This document shows positions 1 through 11,227 of a DNA stretch of 64,000 nt, piece by piece. Position 1 is the stretch's first letter, and every line of letters begins with the position of its first letter. Origin of the DNA: Camelus dromedarius (Eukaryota); NCBI RefSeq assembly GCF_036321535.1, contig NC_087437.1, positions 24,368,001 to 24,432,000 of the forward strand, written 5' to 3'. The notes beneath the pieces are model-generated. The model had not been told where the DNA came from, searched no databases, and worked only from the letters and a program-made list of their open reading frames with translations. The position numbers and the translations under genes were made by a program.

Positions 1-3000
1 TTCTTCCGAGGAGGGCTGCTAGAGGCGAGAGAAGTCAGGAGATGGCTCTGACACCTCGTCAGAGTGATGCAGGGAGCCACTCTAAGCTCTGAAATAAGAG
101 AGAAACATGCAAACATTCTTGTGCAGGAATGCACAGCAACCTTACAGTCTATCTCAACATCTAACTTTCTTCACATACTGGGTGAATTCTGGTGTTTGGA
201 CAGTGAGGCTGCAAGATTTTTAATGAATTGTTATCTGGCGTAATCTCGTGGTTACAGCTTTAGGAATGTATTTTTCATGCCAGGGGCAGAGAAGCGCTCT
301 GATTATTTCTAGCAGGACCTGTGTTTGGGTTTTGACATTATCTTATCTTAGTGCACTCTCATGCTTCAGAGCAAGGCCATCGGGAGCTTTTTACCAACCG
401 AAGACAAGAAGTTAGCAGGTAAACAGGGAACGGCTATGTTTAAGTTTCCTCCTTGAACCGTATCCTGCGTGACTTAACTTCTTCCAACACAATAAAACTA
501 AAACAATCAGAATGGTCTCATACTGGTTGACTTAAATAGGTTGTACTCAATTTTAAAATGGGAACAGTGCATCTTTCCTTGGAAAACCTTCTTTATTCTT
601 ATTTCAATATTTACTTAAATAGGATAAAGACTTTCATTTCTTAAGATGGAATAAACACACTCCATCCCATCTTTTTCTCTGAATGCATCTATAAAACCTA
701 AACAGAACACATGGAACATCTATTTTAAGTCCCTGAAAAGTAAATAGTACCAGGCGTGCTGGGGAAGAATACCAAATTAGAAGTACCTTCAAACTGGCAG
801 TGAAGTTACCTTATTCTTCCCTAGTGGTATCTGCCAGTCTGAACTCAGCATGATTCAAAACACGAAGTGGACACTGACACAGACAGGAAAGAAGCGAATT
901 CTGGTGCAAAGAGCAGAAAAAGATCCCCAGTTCTCAGAGAGGGTGAGGGAATTTTTCATATTTTTCTCTCTTTTCCCCATTCTTCAGAGAACTTAAGAAG
1001 TGGGGTGGCAATGACAGTGGTGTATATGGAGGTCTGCAGTAGCCTAAAACTCTGATGGGAGGGAATCTGCCTCTACTATCTGAGGAATGGGAATGGGGAG
1101 ACCTTTATTTTATTATTTTCTGTTATTGGAAGAAATGGGCACAGTCATGAAAAGAGCAGAGCAAATGAAGTACCAGCTTTCTAGTGGCAGGACCAAAAAG
1201 AGAACTCTCAGAGAACCAGAAGGTATTGGGAGACTGTGGAGAGGGTGGAGCTTGGGAAAGGGGATCCTGGGATCAGGAGAAATCCAAAAAGCTCTTTATG
1301 AGCATGGCTTACCCTTAAGCTGTACACATCAGGATCTGATGCTGTTCAGGACATCAGAGACTTTGAAAACTGAAAGTACAGACCATCACCCAAGTTCCAG
1401 ATTGGCCAATGGGTGACACACACTGAAGACAAATCCAAATAACACTGAAAAATCTTTAAGAACAAAACTTACATTGAAACTACCATCCACAGAGACTAGG
1501 TAGAACTTGTGCCTTAAATTGAACTAGGTCAATAACCTGTAAAACAAAAGTGCCAACATCTAATGAAGGATTTAAACAAGACCTAAAGTCTGGTAACAAT
1601 ATTCAAAATGTCCAAGATACGATCAAAATTTACTTGGCATATAAAGAACCAGAACATCTCTGCTTGCTTGAGAAAAGTCAATCAACAGACAGCAGCACAG
1701 GAATGAGAGTTTGAAATAATAAAAGACACTTCAAATCCCCTATAATTATCATACTCAAAGAAGTAAGGATGACCTCTTTAAGCAAATGGAAAGACAATAT
1801 CCTGGGAAAAAAATAAATAGAAGATATATGGAAGAAACAAAGGAAAATTTTAAAAATAAAAAATACAGTAACATATAAAACACCTACTTGATGGGTTCAA
1901 TAGCAGATGGATATGAGAGAGGAAAGAATCATTGAACTTTGAAAATAGATCAGTAAAAAAGTATTAAATCTGAAAAAAAAAAAACATGAAAAGATTAGAA
2001 TAAAGGAACCAAGTCTCAGGGACTGTTGGACCTTACCAAAAAGTAAAACATTTGCATCATTGAAATCTTATAAGGAGACAAGATAGAGTATAATGCAGAA
2101 AAATTTTGAAGAAATGATTGAAAACTTCCTAAATTTAGCAAAAGACATGAAACTACAGAGTGCAGAATTTCAGTGCACCCCAACAGGATAAAAACAAGTC
2201 AATACTCATATACATCATAATTAAACTGCTGAAAACTGAAGACAAAGGAAAAACTCTTGAATGCAATCAAAGAAAAATGACATAATAATAAGAGAATAAG
2301 GAGTCAAGCAGCTTCAGAGTTCACATCAGAAATGGTGGCAATCAGAAGGAAGTGAAACAATGTTTTTAAAGTCCTGAAAAAGAAGAGCCGTCAACTCAGA
2401 ATTCTATATCCAGCAAAAATATCTTTCAGGAATAAATGGGAAATAAAGGAGAACTAAGAGATTTTGTTGCCATATGACCTGCTCTAAAAGACTGGATAAA
2501 GAATGTATTTCAGGCCTAAGGGAAATGATACCAGAAAGGACCTTGTAACATTAAAAATGAAGTGAGAAAAAATGATACATATCTGGGTAAACAGACTCTT
2601 CTTCTATTGAGTTCTTTCAAACATGAGTAAAATTTGAAAGCAAAAGAAATGATGACACTATCTGAAGAGGTTTTTAAATATATGGATGTGACACAAAACA
2701 CAGATCCAATATAGAGGGAGGAAGATAATGGCCTTTATCTTTACTGTTGTGAGTTTTCTACAGTCCACTTCAAACAGTAAAATATTCATTCTAAGTAGAC
2801 AGTGAAAAGCTAAGTATGTACATTGCAATCTCTAGGGCATCCACTAAAGAAAATATGAAAATAGTCAAAATATAACAGATACATTTAAATGGAATAATGA
2901 AAAATGTTCAGAATAACCCTAAAGGAGGCAAAGAAGGGGAAACAGGAATCAAACAAAACGAAGTGAGAGACAAAGTTCCAAATAAATTAAATTATGGCAG

Positions 3001-3178
3001 ATACACATAGAGTACATGTAACTGTAGAAGAGAGACTTTGAAAGAATAATTTTAAAAAACTGATCCAACTATTTGCTGTCTACAGAAAAGTTACTTCAAC
3101 TGTAATGACAGAGGTCAGTTAAACGTACAAGGAAGGAGAAAGATACACCATGCATACTTAAAAGTAGCAGGGTGTTTA

Positions 3179-3436
3179 AAACTTGTGGTTGACCAGGGGG
3201 CAGGGGGTGGGAAGGGATAGACGGGATTTCAAAATTGTAGAATAGATAAACAAGATTATACTGTATAGCACAGGGAAATATACACAAGATCTTATGGTAG
3301 CTCACAGAGAAAAAAATGTGACAATGAATATATATATGTTCATGTATAACTGAAAAATTGTGCTCTACACTGGAATTTGACACAACATTGTAAAATGATT
3401 ATAAATCAATGAAGAATGTTAAAAAAAAAAAAAGAA
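3179..3436 (+). mobile_element. Short 5'-truncated camelid-type L1 3'UTR insertion with poly(A) and a 13-bp TSD, nested in the old L1
   Basis: Highly similar to 36667-36910. A-tail from 3421. Exact TSD agcagggtgttta at 3166-3178 and 3437-3449. Confidence 0.92.
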
Positions 3437-4185
3437 AGCAGGGTGTTTAGGTTAGTATCAGATAAAGTTCACCTTGCAACAAAGAAAAATACTAAGGATA
3501 AAGGTGAACGTTACAAAATGAAAAGAGTCAACTCACTGAGAAGACACAACAATCTTAAAGGGAATGTCAGTTTCAAAATACAAGCAGCAAAGACTGCCAT
3601 AGCTAAAGAGAGAACTAGAGAAATATACAATTATACTCAGAGACTTCGAGACTCCTCTGCAGTAACTACTTAGCAAGGATATAGAAGAAACTAAATGACA
3701 CAGTCAGTCAACTGGATCTAAACTATACTTATATTTAAAAGAACACTCCATCCAACAACAGAACAATTTATTTCAACTGTACATGGAATATTTACCAAGA
3801 CAGACAATATCCTAGATGAAAAAACAAGTCTTAATACATTTAAAAGAATTTAAATCAAAGTATGTTCTCCGAAAATCATGAAATTAAACTAGGGATTAGT
3901 AACAAAGATAAAGGAAAATCTCCAAATATTTGAAAATTAAACAACACACTACTCAACAATCCATAGATCAAAGAAAAGATCTGTAGAGAAGTTAGGAAAC
4001 ATTTTCAACTGAACAAAGAGAAAAATGCAACACAGAAAACTTTGTGAGATGCCACTAAAGCAGGCCTGAGAGGGAAATTCATATCATCAAATGCTTACAT
4101 TAGGAAAAAAAAAAAAAGGCTTCAAACCAATAATCTAACCTTTCATGTTAAAAGGTAAAAATAAATCCAAACTAAGAAGTAAGCG

Positions 4186-4315
4186 GTGAACAAGAATATG
4201 AAAACGAATGTACGTATACTCCTGAATGACTGAAGCGTCGTGCCGTACACCAGAAGCTGACACAACATCGTAGCTGACTATACCTTAATAAACAAAAAAA
4301 TACAAAAGAAAAAAA
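4186..4315 (+). mobile_element. Very short artiodactyl-type L1 3' end
   Basis: aagaatatgaaaacgaatgtacgtata...gtacaccagaagctgacacaacatcgtagctgactata-AATAAA-A-rich tail, homologous to 5640-5740. No clear TSD. Confidence 0.8.
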
Positions 4316-5405
4316 GAAGGAAGTAATACACGTAAGGACAGAAATAAATGAAGTTGAAATCAAAATACAATAGAGAGTATCACTGAAACCAAAACTGGTT
4401 ATTTGAAAAGATAGGGGAAAAATGAGAAACTTCTAACAAGACTGACAAAGGAAAAAAAAAGAGAGAAGATATGAATTAGTATTTAAATAAAGAGTCCACT
4501 CAGTAGATACTGTAACTGCTAGCCTCTCAGAGGTTTAGAGTTACAAACCACAGACTTTGTTCAAGAAAAAAATTATTTGGTAGTCAACTTTTGGGTTCTC
4601 AAAGGTAGCCCAGGGATACAAACATTGCCCTGGGATTCAAGTATAACCTTCTTGTTTCCAAGTCTGATGTTTCCTGAGGCTCCAGGGAACATAACTGTGC
4701 AAGGACTGGATTCCTTCATTCAAGGAGTCCCAGGACCTGAAGAAGAAAGTCGAGGCCAGCACCACCACTTAAGGTTAGGTGGACTGTGCCCAGCATAGGA
4801 CACCGGCTGGAGAGGTGATAGGTTGGGGCTGAAGTCCAGCACATGTTCACTCAGCCTTCCATGAGCCATATACACCCAGAAGAGAGAAAGACTTTTCCCT
4901 AATTCTCATATGAGTGTCACTAATCAGTAAGCCACTGAGGAAATGCCTTTGTAAATGCACACCAGGGCACCCCATGGGCCCCGAGAGGTGCTGCCGCCAT
5001 GTAGGCACATGTCAGGGGGTAAGAGTCCAGGAGAGACCCAGACGAGGCACAGCCCAGGACTGGTGCTAGAAGTTACCCTGCCAGACCCAGCCTCCTTGGC
5101 CCGGGTGGCATGATGCAATAAACTGACTGAGTATGCAACTGTGGATGAAGAGCGAGGTATCTTCTGCGTCTAAGCATGAGCCCTGCCACAAGAGACAGTG
5201 GCTTGGACCTGACATGTCTGAGAAGTGTCCCTCAGACTCAGAAGACTGCCCTGAAAGAACAGGACAGTGTGGAAGCAAGTAGAAACACTGACGTGACCTA
5301 ACAGGAGCCCAGTGCCCTCTGGCATAGAAGAGAATTGTCAGCTGCACTCCTGCAACTGGGTCACCCACCCCTGGGATTCTTGAGTCATTTAAAAGTGGAG
5401 TAGGC

Positions 5406-5757
5406 ACATGTGGAATCTAAAAAAAGAAAAAAGAGGACACGAATGAACTCATCTACAAGACAGAAACCGACTCACAGAGGTAGTAAACAATCTTATGGTT
5501 ACTGGGGAAAGGGGGTGCAAAGGGATAAACTGGTAGTTCAAGATTTGCTACTATTAACTACTATGTATAAAATAGATTAAAAAATTTCCTCTGTATAGCA
5601 CAGGGAACTATATTTGATATCTTGTAGCAACCCATGGTGAAAAAGAATATGAAAACGAATATATGTATGTATACACACGACAGAAACACTGTGCTGTACA
5701 CCAGAAATTGACATATGGTAACTGATTATATGTCAATAAATAAATACATAAAATTAA
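5406..5757 (+). mobile_element. Artiodactyl/camelid L1 3' end (ORF2 stop region plus 3'UTR)
   Basis: Starts catgtggaatctaaaaaaag (end of ORF2), has tatagcacagggaactata, and ends with aataaa plus an A-rich tail. Imperfect TSD aaaagtggagtagg (5391) versus aaaatggagtgg (5756) at a TTT/AAAA site. Confidence 0.85.
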
Positions 5758-5844
5758 AATGGAGTGGAAGTGTAAAGACTCAATGCACTTACTGATAATA
5801 GAATAATATAAGTTAATTAGAAGAAAATAAAGAGAAATGGCATA

Positions 5845-6345
5845 TTTATGCTCAAGACCTCACATGATCTGGCCCTGTGGTCTCTCTGAAGCCATCCCCT
5901 GCCACACCAACATTGCTCACTGGGCTTCAGCCACACCATCCTCCTTGCTGATCCTCAAACATAACGGGCACAGTTCAAACTCAGGACCTTTGAACTTGTT
6001 GCTCCTTCTGCCAGGACAGTTCCTTCCCCAAGATCTTCATGGCTCACCCTCTCATCTCCTTCAGCTCTTTCCTCAAATTCATCTTTTCAGTGAAAATCTT
6101 GGTAGTCCAATCAAAAACTTGGATTGAAACCTTCCTTCTTTTGCAAATGCCACCCCGCCCCATTCTAGACATGCCCTATTTTCCCTCCTTGATTTATTTT
6201 TCCCTTGACACTTATCCCCTGATAACACAAGATATATTCCATTTACATGTTTTTTTTTTTCCATTGCATGCTTCTCACCACTAGAATATCAACTTTTCAG
6301 GGCAGTGACTTGTAATCTGTTTTGTTTACTGTTCTATGCCCAACA
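5845..6345 (+). mobile_element. LINE-2 (L2a-like) 3' fragment
   Basis: cagccacaccatcctccttgctgatcctcaaaca...ctcaggacctttgaacttgttgctccttctgccagga...catggctcaccctctcatctccttcag matches the remembered L2 3' consensus. Confidence 0.8.
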
Positions 6346-6724
6346 GGAAGTTTACAAAGCACTTTCTACCAAACTCCAAAATTTAACTAATATTCTGTAT
6401 ACTAAATACATGTTTATTTTCCTTTCTAGAAGAAACACTGGTGGCTGTGAGATGTTGTGGCCCCTGAGGTTTTCGGTTTTCAAAATCTAAAATACTGTAA
6501 GTCTAAGAGCGGTAATGGTTAAACCACTATATCGTCAATACCACTCAAAACCCAGAGACTTGCAGGAGAGTGCAGCCAGTTATTTCCTGTGCACTTGGGT
6601 GCGCTGTGTTCGAAGTTCAAAGACAACTGGACTATAATAGGCTGTAAGGTCCAGAGCACATAGACATACGACTGGGACCAAGGACCAGGTGGTATGATGT
6701 CCATCTCAGTGCTTTGCAAAAAGT

Positions 6725-6975
6725 AATGTTACCTAATATTTATCATCTGTTGAGTATCTGCTATTTGTCAAGCAGAGTTCAACAACATTTATCTATATTA
6801 ACATAGTTAAGACACAGAATTGTCCTATGAGGTCAGTACAATTTTTAACCCCATTTTTCAGATGAAAACTGTAACACACAGAGAGGTTGAATAGCTTGCC
6901 CCAATGTCAGACTTCTAGTCAGCAACAGAACCAGGTTTGAAAACCAGCAAGCTAAAGTCTATGTTCTTAATCAGA
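6725..6975 (-). mobile_element. MIR SINE
   Basis: Reverse-strand MIR core: cctatgagg...ccccatttttcagatgaaaactg...cagagaggttgaatagcttgccc. Confidence 0.8.
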
Positions 6976-7661
6976 ATGCGTACTTTTCAAACAGATGAGG
7001 ATAATCCGAAACAAACTGCTGTGAACACTTTTATCTTCCTGTGAGAAGTTTCTGATCAACTTAAGCTAGGAGGTAGAGAGTCCTAACATTAAATAAGAGT
7101 TAGTGACATTAGACCTAGGAGCGGGGAAGTCACCCAGGTTACACAAGATAGAAAAGTGAGTGCACACTCAACATACTATTTTAAAGGGACAATTCATTGG
7201 ACTATGTGCTTGATACCTAGGGGGAGTGACTATTTTGTGTTCTTTTTTCTTTCCTACAAGGCAGAAGGCAATGTCAATCAACTCAGAAAACAACACTGGT
7301 TCGCTTCTTCAGCCTTCTTTGTGCCATTCTCACTTTAGATTTCTTATAATGTTTATGGATTCTTAAAAACTATCTCTTAATGATTGATTGAAAAATTCTG
7401 TAGGAAAAGTTTTGCTGACTTAAAAAGTCTAACTCTACTCAATTCCTTCATTCCTATTATAATGCTTCCCCGTGTCAGCGTAAAATCTTCTTATTCGAGC
7501 CATAAAGTTTTTGCCTCATACTCTGGTCTTTATTATTACTTCTCCTTTCAAGCAAAAAATAAATAGTGTTACCTTTCTATTAGCTTTCTACCAAGTAGGA
7601 CTTAAAAAGAACAATATATAGGTACCTTTTTTAACTTTTTAAAATTTTCCCTATACTTCTT

Positions 7662-7899
7662 TTTTTTTAGTTGACGTGCAGTCACTTACAATGTGTCAGT
7701 TTCTGGTGTATAGCACAATGTCCCAGTCATGCATAGACATACATATATTCATTTTCATATTTTTCATTAAAGGTTATTATAAGATATTGAATATAGTTCC
7801 CTGTGCCATACAGAAGAAATTTGGTTATTATCTATTTATATATATAGTGGTTAACATTTAGAAATCAAAAACAGACTCACATAGTAAACAATTTTATGG
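7662..7899 (-). mobile_element. Short L1 3' end with a 5' inversion
   Basis: Poly-T, then antisense 3'UTR to about 7866, then a sense-oriented upstream piece at 7867-7899. 15-bp TSD with 2 mismatches: ttccctatacttctt (7647-7661) versus ttccctaaatttctt (7900-7914). Confidence 0.85.
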
Positions 7900-8589
7900 T
7901 TCCCTAAATTTCTTATATATTTGTTTTTTCCCTTCATCATCTGATCCTAACTGCACTGTTTCACTTTTCATCTTACAATTATGTCTCTGTAGCTTATTTC
8001 TCTTGTACTGAATATAGAAGAGAATAATTATTATTGAATATACATTTATGTGAAACCAACTCAATACTAAAACAAATAGGTATTTATATACCTACTAAAT
8101 TCAAAACTTTAGAAATTTTGGAAAAAAGTAACTTGGATATCATTTTCTGAAGGGTCACAGAAATGGCTGATAAAGTACATTGCTTTTGCATATTTGCAAA
8201 TCTAACTTTAACTAGGCTGTTATAAAATAATAGATGGGATTATGCTGGCAGTAATTTAAAATAAAATGTATGACTAGGAAACTTAACCTTCATATAACTT
8301 TCACTCATAAAGTTTTGAGATTCTCTTTTTTAAACAAATTAAATAGTTACTGATTTTGATTCAAATGATGAAATAATAATATCCTGAAAGTTAAACTGAG
8401 CCAGGACTACGAAACATAGCTACAAGGTGGCTCTCTTCCATACATGGAGATGTACCGTAGGTCCATCATCAGGAAGAGCTCTTACATTTTAGGATGTTTT
8501 ACCTTTAGTGATGAAGATGAAATTACACTAGCCTAATGTTCATCCCCTACTTTGCTCCCACTTTTGTGTCTAAACACATGCTTTCTGGG

Positions 8590-8717
8590 AGGCTGATTTG
8601 AGGTAGAGTACACACTGTGGTTATGAACTGAGCCAAAGCTAATTGATCCACACAGGACTTGATCTTATGCCCCTGGCCTCATTAGCACCCTACACTTAAC
8701 AACTGAGCTAATCAGGC
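8590..8717 (-). mobile_element. Ancient tRNA-Ile(AAT)-derived SINE head, MamSINE1-like
   Basis: Reverse complement reads ttagctcagttg-ttaagtgtagggtgctaatgaggccagggg...caattagctttggctcagttc, a degenerate tRNA-Ile(AAT) followed by a MamSINE1-like body. Confidence 0.7.
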
Positions 8718-9164
8718 AGAGACAAGTGATTCATCAATCAAACAAACAGCACATTATTGAACAGCAAGACATGTCAACCATTCAGCCAGAGGTTGTAGTG
8801 AAGACAAAGAAGGATAAACAGAGTCTCTGCCCTACAGGTGCTTACAATCGAATTGACAAAATTAATTACATGTACACAGCAACAGGAATTTAACAACAAC
8901 AACAATAGCTAAGCAACTGATGAGGGAGAACCCTGCTGGAGGAAGTCAGAGAAAAAAAGAGTGCTTATATATGATAGTGGGTCCTTGAAATTAATGAGTA
9001 AAGATGTGACATGGTGGTTTGGGGTTTTTCAGAAGACTGATCTTGTGACTGCTCATACGTTGGAGTCAAAGATGGGCAATGATTTGAAGTGAATGCAGCA
9101 ACTCAGGGATGAAGTTAACTGTATTGAGGAGAAAAGGAACAATACATTGAAGAAACATTGCTAA

Positions 9165-10000
9165 AAATGTTCATAGCAGCACTAATTACAACAGCCAAGA
9201 CATGGAAACAGCCTAAATGTCCATCGACAGATGACTAGATAAAGAAGATGTGGTATATTTATACAATGGAATACTATTCAGCCATAAAAAATGCCAACAT
9301 AATGCCATTTGTGGCAACATGGATGTTCCTGGAGAATGTCACTCTAAGTGAAGTAAGCCAGAAAGAGAAAGAAAAATACAGTTTGAGATTGCTCATATGT
9401 GGAAAAGGAAGGAAGGAAGGAAGGAAGGAAGGAAGGAAGAAAGAAGAAAGAAAGAAAGAAAGAAATGAAGAAAGGAAGAAAGGAAGAAAGGAAGAAAAGA
9501 AAGAAAGAGGAAAAGAAAAGAAAAAAGAAAAAGACAAATGAACATAAATACAAAACAGAAACAGACTCAGACATAGAATACAAACTTGCGGTTGCCAAGG
9601 GGGAGGCGGTGGGAAGGGACAGACTGGGACTTCAAAATGTAGAATAAAGAAACAAGATTATACCGTATAGCACAGGGAAATATATACAAGATCTTGTGGT
9701 AGCTCACAGTGAAAAAGTATGCAACAATGAATATATGTATGTTCATGTATAATTGAAAAATTGTGTTCTGCACTGGAAATTGACACAACATTGTAAACTG
9801 ACTATAACTCAATAAAAAATTTAAAAGAAAAACACCAACATAAACTCCTGGGTGGCTTGCCTTGGAAACATACTGAATGGAAACTTCCTTACTTTTCAAG
9901 TGACTGATGCTAGACAGTCTACTTGCTACCCATTTTCACTTTTGTTTTTCAACAATAAATATCTTCATTATTTCAAAAAAAAAAAAAAAAGAAAGAAAGA
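9165..10000 (+). mobile_element. Camelid-type L1 3' end (ORF2 C-terminus plus 3'UTR) carrying a 3'-transduced segment, with a 15-bp TSD
   Basis: Encodes [14 protein letters not shown]...LSEVSQKEKEKY. L1 AATAAA at 9811 and a second AATAAA at 9954-9959 with poly(A) from 9975. Exact TSD aagaaacattgctaa at 9150-9164 and 10001-10015. Confidence 0.92.
9401..9532 (+). repeat. (GGAA)n/(GAAA)n compound polypurine microsatellite within the L1 3'UTR
   Basis: About 130 bp of nearly pure purine tandem repeat, directly visible. Confidence 0.95.
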
Positions 10001-10314
10001 AAGAAACATTGCTAAGAGAGAATTAACCACATGTGGAAACAAATCTCAGAGTGGTGAGAAAGAAGTTCCTAGGTTTTTAAATGTTCCTGGGTAGGTATCA
10101 CAGGCAGAAATAAAGAAATTGGTGAGTGGCAGCTTTTGGAAAGAAGTTACAATGATAATTGAGTTTTAAGCTTGAGGGTTAGGAGTGCTGACCCACCACA
10201 CATATATGGAAAACTGGGATGGGGCACCTAGAGGAAAACTTGCAGATCAGAGAAGGGGTTTTGTTTAAGAGATGTCAAGGCATGTCTCTATGCCCAGGGG
10301 GATGATCCAATAGT

Positions 10315-11226
10315 GATTTAGATTCTTTCACTTAGCAAGGTGTTTTCAAAGTTCATCTGTGTGGTAATAGGTATCTGGACATACTTCTTTTTACAGCTGG
10401 TACAAATATACCTCATTTAATTGAAAGACTTAAGTTATTTCCACTTTTGGCTCCTATGAATAAGGCTGCAATGAACATTCATGAATAAGTATTTGTGTGA
10501 CTATGTTTTCATTTTTTTGCCTTTTGAGCATTTGTATGCCTTCTTTGAATAAATATCTATTCAAATTCTTTCCTCATTTGTTGTTTGGCATTGTTGAATT
10601 ATAAGGGTTCTTAATATATTCTACGTATAAATCACTTATCAGTCACATGATTTGAAAGTATTTTTTTTCCATTTTATGAATTGTTCCTTGATTTTCTTGA
10701 TGGTGACCTTTGACGACCAAAGGTTTTCATTGATGAAGTTCAATTTATGGTTTTTTTTTCTGTTTGTTGTATGCACTTTTTGGTGTCATATTTAAGAAAA
10801 CTTTGCCTAATCAAAGATCACAGAAATTTACTCCTATGACTTCTAAGTGCCATATAGTTTTAAAATTCTTACATTTGGGTCTCTAACCCATTTTGAGTTC
10901 ATTTTGTATACAGTGTGAGGTAAGTTTCCCAAACCCCCTTTTTTTTTTTTTTTTTGCATGTGAATATCCAGTTTTCTCAAAACCGTTTGTTGAAAACACT
11001 ATTCTTTCTCCACTGAAAGGTCTTGGCACCTCTGTCAAAAATCAATTGATTATATAAGTAAGTGTTTATTTCTGGACTTTCAATTATATTTTATTGCTTT
11101 ATATATTTATTCATATGCTAATACCACACTGTCTTGTTTGCTATAGTTTTGTATTAAGTTTTGAAATTAAGAAATGTGAGTCCTCCAACTTTGTTCTGTT
11201 TCAAAATCCTTTTGGCTCTTCTGGGA
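10315..11226 (-). mobile_element. Old L1M ORF2 3' region, antisense arm of an inverted L1
   Basis: Antisense L1 hallmarks: ggctgcaatgaacattcatg; ttgcatgtgaatatccagttttctcaaaaccgtttgttgaaaa; tgtgagtcctccaactttgttct. Confidence 0.85.
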
Positions 11227-11227
11227 T

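Larger units (their letters stand above)
790..4490 (+). mobile_element. Old degenerate LINE-1 (L1M-type): 5'UTR remnant, ORF1 and the endonuclease part of ORF2, interrupted by two younger L1 3' ends
   Basis: ORF1-like text at about 2160-2450 (ataattaaactgctgaaaactgaagacaaagg...caactcagaattctatatccagcaaaaatatctttc). ORF2 endonuclease-like text at 3060-4480 (gatccaactatttgctgtctacaga; acatggaatatttaccaagacagacaatatc). Many stops. Boundaries are approximate. Confidence 0.8.
8730..10310 (-). mobile_element. Fragmented LINE-2 relic interrupted by the L1 at 9165-10000
   Basis: Antisense L2 tail at 8730-8850 (cacattattgaacagc...gagtctctgccctacaggtgcttacaatc). Further L2-like pieces at 9000-9160 and 10015-10310. 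Confidence 0.55.

Noticed and set aside
9274..9647. Lys/Glu/Arg-rich and Phe/Ser/Leu-rich ORFs on both strands
   Set aside because: They are translations of the GGAA/GAAA microsatellite inside an L1 3'UTR.
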